Of a stretch of DNA of 64,000 nt, positions 14,201 through 28,214 are shown piece after piece. This DNA comes from Monocercomonoides exilis PA203 (Eukaryota > Protista > Preaxostyla): assembly GCA_001643675.2 (NCBI GenBank), contig LSRY02000019.1, positions 1,426,001 through 1,490,000 on the forward strand. Direction: 5' to 3'. A program made the position numbers and the translations under genes. Within the stretch, counting starts at the first letter, position 1. Every line of letters begins with the position of its first letter. The notes under the pieces are model-generated. The model saw only the letters and a list, made by a program, of their open reading frames with translations. It did no database searches and was not told the DNA's origin.

Positions 14201-17200
14201 TTTGCCTCTCAAATACACAACAAACAAGAACAAAATAAAGAGATTGCAGATAATCAGACACAAAAACAGAGTAATAATAATACAACTTCTCCTTCTACTA
14301 CTTCTTCTTCTTCTCCTTCTTCTTCTGCAACTTCAGGGAATGTCAAAGCAAGTACTCCAACAACCCAACCTTCCTCATCAAGTTCAATCTCTTCATCATC
14401 TTCAGACATTAACCCGTTCTTCTCTTCTCCCAATTCTTTTCTGTCAACTTTGTCTTCTCTTCTGATGTGTGACAGCATCAACAGAATGCCTTCGTCGTGT
14501 GCGGTGATGGCAAATACTGCTGTTGTGAGCTATTTGAAAGGGAACAGAGAAGAAGCGCTGTTTCTGTGTGCAACTGCGCTGGAGAAGAGCAGAGAATGGA
14601 TGGCTGCAAAGAAGAAAGTGAGCATGACAGATATATTTGGAGAGGAAGGGAATGGAGATGAAGAAGGAAAGAAGAAGAAGAGAAGGAAGAATAAGAAGAA
14701 AGAAAAGAAGCAGAAGACATACAATGGAAGGGATTTGAGGTATTCGATGGATGTGTCATCAAGCAGTGATGAGGATACGTCTTCTTCATCTGATGAAGAA
14801 AGCGAAGGAGAAAACAACAATGACAAAACAGCTGTGAATGACAAAGGAAATTCCAAACAGATAAGAGATGGAAATTCGAGTGAAGCAAGCAGAAATACGC
14901 AAACAAAGCAGAAGAAATCCGAAAAGGATGAAGGTAACTCTGATGACTCATCATCATCAACTTCTTCTTCTGCATCATCCTCCCAGAAGGATAAAAAGCA
15001 CCACCACAAACACAAGAAACCACCACCATATCCCATCGATTCTGTACAACTTCGTGCGGAGATGAAGAAAGAAGAGAGGGAAGTATATTTGGCAGCAGCA
15101 CATGGAGGGATTGCCTCTGTTCTTGCATTCCTTTTGATGAAAGACGGGAGAGAAAGGCAGCTGGTGAGTGCAAAGAGCATCCTTTTGGAGCTGCTGGAGG
15201 TGACATTCGAGTCAAAAGAGGAGGAAAACAAGGAGAATGAGAAAGAAGGCAGCAGCAAAAATGGCGATGTCACAGACGAATTTGCAATACCTGGAGACAG
15301 AAATTCAGCTGCAGTTGCGAAAAACAATGGAAAGAAAGGAAATAAACAAAAAGCGCAACAGATTCAGCAGTCATTGAACAGAAATCCGACAAACATGATG
15401 CTTGTGTCATCCTACTCGTTCAACATTCCATCGATGATACTTCCATCAGAGCCTTCCCCAATAACAACTGCATTCAACTCCCAATTTGATGTTTCATCCA
15501 CTGCACAGCTGCCTCAGATTTCTGGTTCTTCTTTATCTTCTTCTTCTTCATCATCAACTTCCTCTCTTCCCACAAAGTCCTCATCCGGCTCGCATATCCC
15601 TGCCTTCTCATACAGCACCCTGCATTTGTCTTCAGTGCGCCCTGGTCTTCAGCAGCCTCTTCTTTTCTTGCTGTTGGGCTTTGTGTATGAGAAGGGTGCG
15701 CAGACGGTGGAGGCAGAGGCGATGAAGAAGGAAGAGTCACTTGTGCTACATCGCCCACAGAAGGAGGAGATTATGCGGTGGAAGGAGACGAAGGCGAAGA
15801 GGGAGCTGTATTGGCAGAAGAAAGTGGAAGTTGTGGAGATTGAAAGAGCGCGCAAGCAGAAGATGCTGAAGCCGTATGTGTTTGATTTCCTACCGAAATA
15901 TCTGTTTGTTGGGGCTGAAGAGCAGATGAAAGCGGAGAAAAAGAAAGCGATGAAGAAGAAAGTGGAGAAGATGAAGCAGGAGAAGAAGCTGAAGGAGCAG
16001 GCGTTTTCGATGATGAGCCGGCGAGAGAAGTTCAGGATAGAGGAAAGAGAGAAAGAGCAGGAAGAAGAGTTCCAGAAGACGCTACAGGTTGCAAAGGCGC
16101 TTTGCAGCAGAAGGCAGAACAAGACGAAAGAGAGTGTGAAGAGGACACGAGTGTTGTATGGGCTGAACTCCACACTGACAAGATTGGCTTCATTTCCTGT
16201 GATCAAGAAACCGAAGCAGAAAGCGAGGAATTTTGAGGAGCTGCAGAGTGTTGTGGCAGCAGCAATGAAGCCGATTGAGGATGCAAAGAAGGAGGCGGAG
16301 ATGGCAATGCATCTGTTTCCAGTTCCAAGTGGATCGGGTGAGAAGAGTGTGAAGGAGAGAAAGAAGAGAAAGAAGACGAGTGAAGCAAGTGCTTCAAGTG
16401 CTGATCAGACAAGCAAGAAAGAGTCAGCAAATGGAAAAGATGAGACGAATGGAGCTGATGTAAATGGAGTGAATGAAACAGAAATTAGAGTGGAAGAAGG
16501 TGAAAGTGCAGATAAATCACAAAAGAAGGAGAAAAATGTTGAGACAGAGAAAAAGAAGAACAGGAAGCCGAAGAAAGAGATGATCAAGAAGAAGAGGAAG
16601 AAGTATGTGTACAAGGGTGTTCTGTCAGAAACAGAGGAGGAAGATTTGAGTATGTCGCTCTACGACTCCGAAAGCAGCGCCAGCCGCGCGAAGAGCAAAC
16701 AGAAGTCTGCCAAACACACAGGCAGAGCTGGCTCTTCTTCGCCTTCTGCTTCTCCTTCGCAAACACCCCGTTCTGGATCGGCTTCTCCTTCACTTGGCTC
16801 TCCTGTATCATCTGCTGGCAATACAGCTTCTCCTTCTCTTTCTCCTTCGCCTTCACCTTCTCAGTCTCCTTCTCAATCTCCATCTCTCTCAGCTTCGACA
16901 AAATCATCACCATCAATGCAGAATGGCAACAATGAAGAACAGTCTACAATTTTGGCTGGTTCATCATCATCTTCTTCAACTAAAGTCAAACACGAGAAAT
17001 ATTCGAAGCATCGAAAAGATGACAAAAAACGTAATGCTCCCAGCCGCAGACAAGCTTATTCTTCTGTCTCTGCATCAGCCTCAGTTTCTGTTTCATCCCC
17101 TTCAATATCTCCCTCTTTGTCTGCCTCGCAATCTCCTTCTCTTTCACCCGATGGCTCCTCTCCCAACACATTCTCTAAAAGCCAGTCTGATTATTCGCAC

Positions 17201-20200
17201 AAGCTGTCCTCCAAGAAGCTCAGAGTAGCCAGCACTCCAATCACAAAACTGAACACAGATGTGCCGGCTGTCAAGTCTTCCATTCCTTCGCTCTTTGCCC
17301 TCGGCGCCAGTCAGATGCGCACTGAAAACGGACAAGTTGTGCGTTCTCCTTCAAAACATGGGTCGGAAAGCTTTTCGCTGTTTTCTTCGTTTTCGTCGCA
17401 GCAGAACGAGAAAAACAAGGAAAAAGATGGTTCTTCATCATCGCCTTTCCAATTGTCACCATCGTCATCTTCATCTTCTCCTTCTCTTTCTCCATCCAAC
17501 GGCAACAATCCAGAAATGACAAGAACGCATTCACAATTGCATCTCTCGACACTTCTGCCTCCTCCACTCACAATGCGATCACAGTCAATAAAAACACTCA
17601 CAGCACCCACTCCTCCTCTTTCTCCCTCTGATTTCGAGCTTTCTGACACTGAGACGAATTCAGAGCAGCAAATATTGAATCATCTTCGCCAGCTTCGCAA
17701 ACACCGTAAAAATCAGCGTAAACATAAACATCAAAGAAGGCATCGCAATCGAATGCAAAAACAGGAAAATGGACAGAATTCGGGTGATGGAAGTGAAAAG
17801 AGTGAAGGTAACAGCAACGCATCAGGATCAGATGAGCATTTGTTCGAGAGTGAGAAAGAAGATGGAGATGAATCCAGCAGCATCACAAGTGGAAGCAAAA
17901 CAGCATCTGCCACTCAAACAGAGCATTCCACTGAGAAAGAGGCAGACGAAACAGAAGAGAGCGAAAGCAGCAGTAGAGAAATTAGCAGTGGCAGTGGCAG
18001 TGTCAGCTTTGATGAGAGAAGTAACAACAGCAGCAGCAGTGTCAGCTTCAGTAGCGATGAGGAATCTGAAGGCAGCATATTTGAAATGGATGAGAATGGC
18101 TTTGTGAAAACAGATCTTATTCCACCAGCGATTCCGATGAATGACAGCGGAATTCCTGATTATGACTCGGTGTTTGACGGTGCAGAGGAGATAATGACAC
18201 CTGCCTCAGATGTGTCAGAGCTGGTGAGAGGGTTCTTCCCATACAGAGCGGCAGTGAAGAAGGCAGGCGGAAGAAAAAGACGCAACAAGAACAATAACAA
18301 TAACAACAATAATGAAGGAGCTTCAAGTGATTCTGAACTGTTTTCTTCAGCTTTCTCTTCAGATGATGACTCATTCACCGACAATGCACAGTCAGACACG
18401 GCAAATCCACTGCCATTTGTGAATCTGTCTGCGCGCACGCCTTCTCCGCACGACGAAAGCGCTGCTCAGTTTGGAGAGGCGTTTCCAAACAGCATGGCAT
18501 CTTCTCTCTATTCGCCCAGTCATTCACGCAATGTGGAAGAGAGAGGTCAACTGACACTACAAGAACTGGAATCAGCACAAGCAGGCTCGAAGAGGCTGAA
18601 AGGAGGGGCTAAGCAAAGGCAAAAGCGAGGACCATACACAAAAAGGGGCAAAAAATCCGCGTCTCAGTCTCCTTCAGCTTCTGCTGCCTCTCCGTCTTTG
18701 ACAACAGCTGGTCAATCGGATTCCACAAAAAGAACACAAAGAGGCAGGGCAGGTGAGAAAAAGAAGGTAACTCGTTCGGTCAAGTCAGATACGAAAAACT
18801 CGACCGTTTTTTCAGTACCTCAAATTACAGCTCTTTCAACTTCCCCTTCTTCTTCTCGCTCGCTTCTTTCAGCAGCGCAAAATTCGCCCACACATCTTTC
18901 ATCTCCAAGCAATTCTGGCAATTCTTCTGTATCTGCAGCAATCAAAGCAACAGCCGCTCAAAACTTCTCAGGACAAAACATGAACAGCAATCTCCTTTCA
19001 CTCAAAGGAATGAACACGACTTATCCTCTCCTTCCCTTCCAAATGCAGTCAAAACAACAGGGAAACAGACAACTGGGCAATTCAGGCATCTCAACAAACG
19101 CAGCACAGGCCAGCCAATCAATCAGCCAGCACCAGGCTGCACTGATGTTCCAGGCCAATCCGCAGTTCTTCCAGGGAATGCAGACACAAACGCAACAGCA
19201 ACAGCAGAAGCGGTTGGAGCAGACGAGGCTTCTCAGAGGAGTAACTGGTTCTGGTGCTTCGTTGATGGCACAGTCGTATTCACATTCAGCCAATTTCGCA
19301 GCACAAAGAAGGGCTTCAAAGCCAAATCACATCAAACTGAAGAAGTTGAAGTTGGTCAGATTGCCGTTGCAGAAGTACAACAGAAGCAGTTCTGAACAGA
19401 AAGAGAAAAGCAAAGACGAAGAAGACAGCTTTAGTCTTTCTAACACAGAACGTAATTCCAGACGCAGCAGGCGTTTGCATTCATCATCGTCTCATTCTGC
19501 TTCTTTGTCTTTGGATGATTCACATTCTGATTCAAAACAGGTTATTTCACCACACACTCCTCTTTCAACACGAACTGAGGATGTTGACGATCTCAGTTTT
19601 AATTCTCCTCTCTCGCACAGTCAGGAGCACATGGGTATTTCTGATCAAAATGAAATGTTCTCTCATAAATTGACATCTTCCACCATTGATCAAGCATCTG
19701 TTTCTGGTTCCTCTATTGTCCGTGGGAGCATGGAATATCCGCTGCTCTCTTCCAACACATCCTCAGATGTTACTGTGGATTCACTAGACATCAAAGCTTC
19801 AACGAATTCGCTGTTTGATACAACAGGTGAATCTTTCAGCGAGCTATTTGATTTGAATGGAAGAGGCACTTTTGATTCGTCTTCGTCTGCTTTTGATCCT
19901 TCTTTGTCTCTTGTGAATTCGCATTCATTCATTGACCATTCAATGCCATCTGGTGGAACACCGCTATTTTCTACTGCTTTGACATCAACTTCTTCTCTTC
20001 CTCATTCCTCAGCACTTTCTTCAATGCATATTTCTACTCCTTCTTCCATCTCTTCACCTTCAACAAACACAAAATCCTCATATCCTTCTTCCACTTTTGA
20101 GGCAACCGATCTTCTGTCTGCTTTCCCCTCTGACACATTCCCCACTGTTAGCATTCTCCGCCCATCCACTCCACCTCATCTCCGCTCTGCTCCGTTTGCT

Positions 20201-22175
20201 TCCTCTCATCTTTATCGTTTGTCTCCTCCAATTGCTTTCCTGCTGCGTCCAACCCCTCTTTTCAATGCCATAACATCCACACCTTCAGTCACCCCTGTCC
20301 ATTCCATCGATGCCATTCTTGTTGCAAGATCAGAAGCGATGCGGTGCTTTGCATTAGTTGAATCCGTGCTGGATGCTTCAAAGAGGATGATGAGGATGGC
20401 TGACGAGGAAAGCAGCGAAGATAACGAGAATGAAGAAGAAAATGGTGAGAGAGAAGGGAAGATGGATGAGGATCCAAGTGAAGGCAACAGTGATCGAACA
20501 ATAAGCTCTCAACGATTAAAGGCAAACAACATGAGCAGTGATGATGAGATGCAGTATGATTCAACAACAGGCTCAGCGTTTCATGTGCCTTCTCTTTCTG
20601 TTCTTCGATGTGCTGCTCTTTTGTCCAGCGGTGTGTCGTGTCTGCGGCAGGGCGAGTTTGGCTTTGCGGTTGATGTATTCCACCATATTCTACAGATGTA
20701 TGGGTACCAACTGTGCAGCGAGAGGAAGCGAGAAAAGGGAAGAAGTTTGAAGGATGGAAGAGCAGAAGAGGAATACGACACTTTGGGAATCAGTCAGAAG
20801 GGAGAAGAAAGAGAGATGGGAAGCAATGGAAGCTTGTCAATGGAATTGTCTTTGGACATTCCGATGGACGAAACGATGAGCAGCGTGAGTCTGATGAAAG
20901 ACGACAGTAGACACAGCATGGGAGACAGTGATATGATGGCAATGGTAAAAGATGGAAGAGAATTAAAAGGAGATTTCAGCAATTCGAAAATGATGGTGAA
21001 TGGATTTGGTGACAGTGTTTCATCTCAGTTATCGCATGCTTCATCTCCTTCTTCAGCTTCAACGAACCCTTCACTCACTTTAGCACATCCTGCTTTGAAT
21101 GGTATTCGAGATCTCAATGCACAAACATCAATGTTTGCTTTGAATTCGCGTGGTGTGGCACCCCCATCACTGATAAATCCGTTGGCTTCTCACACATTTG
21201 CTGCCAATGCAAGTTCTACAACAATGATGGCTACGCCACAGCCGATAAAGACTGATCCCAGAAAGTTTGCTGCGCTAATTAATCTTCTTTTGTCCTTGCA
21301 GCTCAGCGGACAAATGAGTTCAGCTCATGAAGAATACAGCAATTTTGTGAAAAATGTGCGTCGGAATCCATATTTGTGGAACAACTTTGGATTGTTTTTG
21401 ATGCAACGAGGTTTGAAACATTTGATGATAAGAGAGAGAAGATAAGTTCTTTTTAATTGAATCCTGATTAAATTTTACTATTTTCTTTTTTCAAAAAATT
21501 GATTGTTTGATGAATCATTTTATGTTTTTATCTGATCATTTTGATTTTATTTCTTATTCTTATTTCAATTATTCCCTTTTGTCAATATCAGGCTATTCCT
21601 ATCATTACGACAGTCTGCAGTGTTTCCTTCGGAGTCTTTCGTTGTATCCGTCCTTTGTGCCTGCACTCAACAACATTGCTTTGCTTCTTCTGCGCCACAA
21701 ATGTTATCACGATGCTATCCATTTCTTTGATTTAGCGTTGCATTTTCACACTTTATCTGCAAATTCAACATCTCTGTCAAACCAAACGAATATTTCAGCT
21801 GCTTCTTCTGAACAGTTATCTTCATCTTCTTCTTCAACTTCCTCTTCTCCTTCATCATCTTCCTCTGCTCCTTCTGTTTCTGCAACTTCTTCTTCTAGCA
21901 GCACACCCCGTTCGTCAGCCACTTTTGTTGCATTGCGGGTGAATCTTCTGAATGCGCGCACACTTCTTCTGATGAAAGAGATGAAGGCAGATGAAGAGAG
22001 AGAAAGAAGAGCGTTGAAAGCAGACAGAAACGGACAACTGGCAGCGTGGTGGGAGAAGGAAATGATTGGAGACAAGAAAAAGCAGAAGAGCAAAGGAGCA
22101 GACTCGAATGAATGGGCGGATGACTCGTTCCAGTCGATGATTGAAGAGATAGTGGGGATGATGAATGAGAATTAG
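3580..22175 (+). CDS. Giant (~6083 aa) low-complexity protein with dispersed TPR-like helical repeats
   Basis: Exons 3580-3708, 3761-3853, 3916-3978, 4028-21410 and 21592-22175; all introns GT-AG and frame-preserving. TPR-like segments include PSFWRPYYLIGIANIRLNNYARAAKFL, PSSCAVMANTAVVSYLKGNREEALFLC, NPYLWNNFGLFLMQRG and YPSFVPALNNIALLLLRHKCYHDAIHFFDLAL. Confidence 0.8.
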
Positions 22176-22452
22176 GGTAATTATTTATTTCTTCTTTTTT
22201 CAAAAGAGGCTTTAAATAAAAAGTCATGCATTACAAAATCTTAATTTTCTGTATTGAAAATCCGTTTTTGAGTTTATTAAATTCAGATTAATTTTTCTCT
22301 TTGTTTTTTGTTAATCCACTTGTTTTCACTCATCCAAATGAAATGTTTTTTCATTTTTTATTTAAAGAATCTTTTTTTCCCAACAAAAACAAAAATCGCC
22401 TAAAATACCAAAACGAATCATTTCTTTTGTTAAAAAAATGTATTTATTGCAA

Positions 22453-23880
22453 TCACTCGTCATCATCATCCATAATCTTTGGACGAGGCTTCAGTTTATC
22501 TTCGTCTCCTTCTGCATCTGTTTTCTCTTTCTTCTCATTCTTCTCATTCTTCTCTTCTTCATCTTCATCTTCATCATCTTCATCGTTTTCAACCTGTAGG
22601 TGTTTTCCTTTCTTCTTCTTCTTCGTTCCTTCAGTGTTTCCAAGCAAAGCCATCTCCTCTTTCAGGTCTGCCTCTTCATCCGAAGCATATTCAAGTTCCT
22701 TCTCCATTTCTTTCTCGTCTTCGTCTGCTTCATCGCTACTGTCATCGTCTGAATGATCTCCTTTTCCTCCGTCTTTTTTCTCATCAAATGATTCATCATC
22801 ATCGTCATCATCGTCATCTTCATCAGCTGCTCCTTCTGTGAATGAGTTTGTGAATTCAATTGAAAAAATAAACAGAATCAGAATTTAATGAAAATAACAT
22901 GCGCATTAAACAAAACAAAAGAATGATTGATTAAAATTATAACACCAAACCTTGTTCTTCTTCCTCTCCTTTCGATTTCAAATCTGCCTTGCTGAACATG
23001 TTTGGATTCTTTTCTGCCAAGAACTTCTTCAATGGCTCAAAATCATCTCTGAATATTTAAGTGCAAATGGAAAAAATGCAACAAAATTATTTGAGTGACA
23101 CAAAAATGAATGTTAATAAATTTGATTATTGACAAAAAAATGGAACATTAATAAATGCATACTGAGCAAAGTTTGTGAATTCGAGGATATCTCCATCACG
23201 TAGATGAACTGTCATATCAAATGTACGAGATGAAGACGAGGGACCTGATCGATCATTTCGAGGGAACTAAAATAGAGAAAGTTTGAAAGAAAATGAATCG
23301 ATTGAAAAAAAATTAATATCATTAAAGATATATAAAATATAATTTTCAAAATAAAAGTTCAAAAAAAGAAGTTTGGATTGTATTTCTTTTGCCATGTGGA
23401 CTTTGTCGATCTTTATCTTTTTTCATTACATGCCTCAATTCTTGCAATTCTATTGATTTTAATAATAAGAGTTGGTTTGTAAATATACACAAGTGTTTTG
23501 TCCAAAATAAACAGCATTCCGCTCTGTGGACCATGTGAGCACTTCAAGCCAGCGTGTCCTTCGTGACTGATGTGTTAATAAAAAAAAATCATTCAAAGAG
23601 ATTGAAAATCATCAATAAAGAAAAGAAAAGAAATTGACAATTTTAATAATTTTGTTCATTCAATATTCGAAAATACTCTCGCAAAATTGAAAAGATAAAA
23701 TGCTCATAAACTCCTTTTCTGTTTCTCAACTTTTTGTTCATACTTCATAAAATTCCTGGCACTGGCAATTCTTTGTCCAGTTAGAGCACGAAATACTTTA
23801 ACAACGACATTCATCTGTGACCCTTCCATGTTGTGATCGATAAATCCGTCATAAGCTTTCAGTTCTTCGCTAAATTTTCA

Positions 23881-23922
<42 letters not shown>

Positions 23923-25433
23923 AAAAATTAATAAAGCGCGTAAATGTCATTGCAAAATCATCAAATTTAAAAAAATGCAATAAAAAAGAAATTCATTTTC
24001 ATTTCATTTTCAATCAATTCATCAATCTTTTGCATACTCAGTCAGATGAGCTTCAACTTCAACAGTATTTTCTGTATTCAGCTCCATCACAACGTGCTTG
24101 TAAAGTGTGTGTCCTTGAACAAGTGGTCTATTCAATGAGAGAACAAAGTTGGCTGTTTTTGTGCCTTTGTTGTGTAGAAGATACAATTCATTGATGTTTG
24201 AATATTCGATCTTGTAGTTATGTGTTGCTCCGTGCATGGAAAGCAGAGAACGATACATTTCGATTTCATATCTTCCTCTGTTGATTGAAAAAAAAACATT
24301 ATCAAAATATCATATCGCACAAAAAAATTGAATTGAAATTGAAACGACCAGTTATTTGGTGAAGAGTTTCGAAATAAATAAAGTGAAACTTTAAGCAGCA
24401 AAAATCAAAAACAAAAATTCAAACCTTGGAACAAGTACTGCAACTTGAGGAAGTTTAATGATAACTTCTCCTGTGGTTGACGATAGTTTTGCTTTGTCGG
24501 TGATTTGAACACGAAGAGACTATTGGTAGTATATTTAGATGATTAATATGAAAAAAATATATGCATCGGGAGAAAATAAATTTGTAAAAGAAAAGTTTAC
24601 GAAAACAATGGAGAGAAAAATCAAACCTCAACATCCTGCTCTGAGGTTTCTGTTTCTGGAACATAAAACTTTAGTTCAGAAACAGCATCAAGCTGTAAGT
24701 GTTACGAATACAAAAAAGAGCCAAAATGTGAATTGAACAATAAAATGTTGCAAACTCCTGATTGAACCGCGGGATCATTATCCAAACGAATTTCTAGAAT
24801 TTTTGTTTGAGTGTTGCGATCAACTTGTGAAATGTATGATGTTGGAAACTCAAAAGTGACAGCTTTATCACATGTAAAAGTGAAGTTTTCTGATTTGTAT
24901 TAATTTTGTCGAAATTAATAAAATAACAAAAAACAAAATAATAGAACTGATGAACCATCAATATCGAGATCTCCCCAGTTTGAACCAGAAATATTTGCTT
25001 TCATAATTCTCAGCTCTTTGTTGGGGCATAAACTTTTAACTGCATCTTTCAGTTGTGTATAATCCTTATTTAAAAATGGAATTCGGAAAATGCATTTATT
25101 AATTTTGAAAGCATAACTTTTTGATGCAAACCTGGCTTCGAAATCCAAAAAATGAAAGATCACCGCCTATTTTGAGTTTAAAGCGAAGACTGTTTCCTGT
25201 TATTGTTTGCATAAATGATACTGTAGCTATATCCGATGGATTTAATAAAGTAGGTGCATCAGCAGGCGTTGCTCTCCATGAGAACCCTTCAGTCGCTGAT
25301 GTGGAGAATTCACCTCGTTTCTAAATGGATAATGAGTTAATGCGAGCAAGATAGCACAAAGAGAATTCAAGTATTATCTTTTAAATGCGTTGCAAACCCC
25401 AAGAAAGAAGATATTTTTGAAATTTGTCTCCAT
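22453..25433 (-). CDS. SSRP1: FACT complex subunit SSRP1/Pob3 (12 exons, acidic tail, no HMG box)
   Basis: The spliced product contains SGSNWGDL, LVPRGRYEIEMY...HGATHNYKIEYSNI, FVLSLNRPLVQGHTLY, LKCSHGPQSGMLFILDKTLVYIYKP and SRTFDM, all collinear with SSRP1/Pob3. ATG at 25433, TGA at 22453. Confidence 0.92.
23882..23918. repeat. A37 homopolymer (poly-U tract near the 3' end of an SSRP1 intron)
   Basis: Directly visible; lies just upstream of the acceptor AG on the minus strand. Confidence 0.9.
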
Positions 25434-25764
25434 TGAATTGTATTATGGTAACATCGCATAGTTTTGAAATGAAGATATTGAACTTGTAATAATCACAAAA
25501 AATTCAAAAAGATATTGTAAAAATTAATACGATGAATTGCTGCTACATAAAACAATAAAATTAATTAGCAGACTTTTATAATATTTACATTTAAATTCGC
25601 TGGAACAAAAATCTACAAAGAAAGAAAATGAAAAATGAAAAATAAATTCCACATTTGTAAAAAATAATTCAAATAACATTCTCTGAAAGGAAAATTACGA
25701 TTAACAAATAAACAGTAATAACAAAATAATCACAACAACAAGTGAAATGAGACAATCACATTTT

Positions 25765-28043
25765 TTATACCAAAAGATTATCACCCCAAATATCGTCTGT
25801 ATCTTCTCCTCTCCCTGAAAAATCAGGTTTTGCCTGTTGAGGCATGTTGGGTGCGGATTGTTGCATTGCAGGCATAGCTGGCATAGCTGGTGCATCCCAT
25901 CCGCTTTTGTATGCCCTTCCTTTGCGAGGGGAGTCATGTTTGTGTGAATAATCTCTGTCTTTATCACTCGAATGATTTTTTTCTCTGCTTTTCCCTGAAT
26001 CGCGATACGGAGCACTCGTTCCTCTCCTTCGCTCTCTGCCTTCGTCCTTCTCTCTGTCATACGCTCTCTCTCTGTCTCTGCCCCTTCCTCTTTCGCTCTC
26101 TTTGTTTTGGTGCCAGTTTTGCCGGCTGTTCGAAATGTCGTCGTGGAACGCTCGTTTCATCGGGCGGCGGTCTCTTTCCTGGCTGTGGCTGATGTTCCCT
26201 TCGTAGTCCATCTCCTGATAGCGATGCTTCTCCAATCCTTTAGCGCTGCTGGCACGATATCCCCTTTAAAATAGTGAGAATTGTCATTTAATGAGAAATG
26301 GACAAATGTATGTATATTCAAAAATATATCAAATAATAATAAAATAATCAAACATTTCATTATGAAACCCACTTCCCATTGAAGGACCATATGAAAGATC
26401 CTGATATGATTGGGCTTCCGAAAATGGCTGTGCATAAGGCGAATATGTAGTTCTCTGAGCAGAAGTAGCAGCATATGCATCAGAAGAAGCAAGATACGAA
26501 GCATTTTCATCAGCAGAAACAGAGTTGGCTTTAGGTCCTTGTGCAGCAGCACCAGCATATGAAGAGTAGACGTCTGTTGAGTCTGCTGAGAAGTTGGATG
26601 AAGGCGGAATGCCCGAAAGATATCGATCGGATGGTTGGCGTGTGCTCTCAACAGCTGATGTGCCCATTTGTGTGCCTGTTGATGCGAAGCCTAAAATGGC
26701 CTGTTCGATGACTGTTGCGTATTGCGGGAATATCTTCAGCATCTCAATCAGCCGCTGGACAACTGTGTTCTGCTCTTCGAGCGGAAGGGAAGGAAGCGTC
26801 TGGACAATCAGCAGCACGTCTGCCTCGCTCAACGGCTGAGGCTCCGACGGCGCTGGCTGAGTTGGAAGAGGATCTTGAGACAGAAGCTGGCTTGAATCAG
26901 TCGAGGCGTTAGAAGAATAAAAAGATGAAGTGGAATTCATCGAAGTGGAGCGATGAGACGGTGACTGAGAAGTGACAGGAGAAAGAGGGCGATAGGGAGG
27001 AATGTACGAAGGAGCAGAAACAGCAGAATCAGCAAATGAACTGACTTTTGGTGTATATTTATCTAATTCCGAGGATTTGTTCATCTGCTCCTTTTTCTTT
27101 GCCAGTTCAAGCAATGCCATCATATCCATATCATCTGGAATATCAAAGGAAGAAGATTCTGTTGATGTTTGTGGCGGAGGTAGATCGATTGTGGGAGGTG
27201 TTGGTGAAACTTCTTTTGGCGCTTCTTCTTTTATCGGAGTTGGAGAGGTCGGTCGTAATTTCTTGATGAAAGGTTTTGCTATCATATTTATTTATTTAGA
27301 AAGAGAAACAGCAAAAATAAAATTTCGATATTTAATAAAATAAGCACTTTCAACCTTCAAGAACTTCTTGAACTTCTTGAACTTGATCATCTACGTCCAT
27401 TTCAACAAGCGAAATTAACTCTTCGATGAATTCAGAGAAAATATTGTTAATTTTCCACATATTCACTAACTTTTTAATTCCTTTTTGATCTGAAGCAATC
27501 CAGTTCAATTTGTTATTTAAAGCTAGATCGAATTCGTAACGATAAAAAAATGCAAACCTTTTAGAGTTGTCTGCATAGCGGAAGCAACTGTTAAAAAAAT
27601 ATTCTCCTTAAAAGCTTTCTCAAACACCGGCCCATCCTATTAAAAGAAATTCGAAATTGCAATTTGAGAGGGAAACGTTAAAAAAAATTATCGAAAAAGT
27701 TTGAAAATTTTTTTATCCAATGAATATCAAACCTTTCTTTGTCTGCAAAGTGCATCAATGACATACATTCCTGGCAGCTTCAATGCACAATCAGTCGCAT
27801 TGAAAATGAAATTTTCTATAACTTGAACAGCTTTTTCTGGATTCTTTATTGCGGTGAGATGAAAAGAGATGAATAATTGATGTGAAATAAAACAATTTTA
27901 TTGCATACATCTACGAAATGGCATGCAGATCTTATTATATTTGCAATTCTATTTGCTGAAATGGGTAATTTACGTGTATTTTCAACTAAAACTGTCAAGA
28001 AATCAGTTTGGCTGAATTTTTTGTCAATTAAACAGTCTTCCAT
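25765..28043 (-). CDS. Pol II CTD-interacting-domain (CID) protein, SCAF4/SCAF8-Nrd1/Seb1-like, with an RE/RS-rich C-terminus
   Basis: Six exons splice to KLPISANRIANII...AVQVIENFI...KLPGMYVIDALCRQ...DQKGIKKLVNMWKINNIF, matching the SCAF8/Nrd1 CID pattern (PISKAKM, KVPGLYVIDSIVRQ, IVRVLNLWQKNNVF). Confidence 0.82.
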
Positions 28044-28214
28044 TTGTTGGGTGTGATCAGAATGAAAAATCTCAACGAATTGATGCTTATATGATTTATA
28101 AGATTATGTTTATCCAAAAAGAATTAGCAAATCCTATTTGATTCACCATAATAATATTTTATCTAACGTGGAAAGCCAAAAAATTCATTGAATAAATTCG
28201 AAACTGATAAATCA

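Noticed and set aside
4134-22841. Numerous antisense and alternative-frame ORFs (poly-Glu, poly-Arg/Lys, poly-Leu)
   Set aside because: They are shadows of TCT/TCC/GAA low-complexity coding sequence, which lacks stops in other frames, and carry no motifs.
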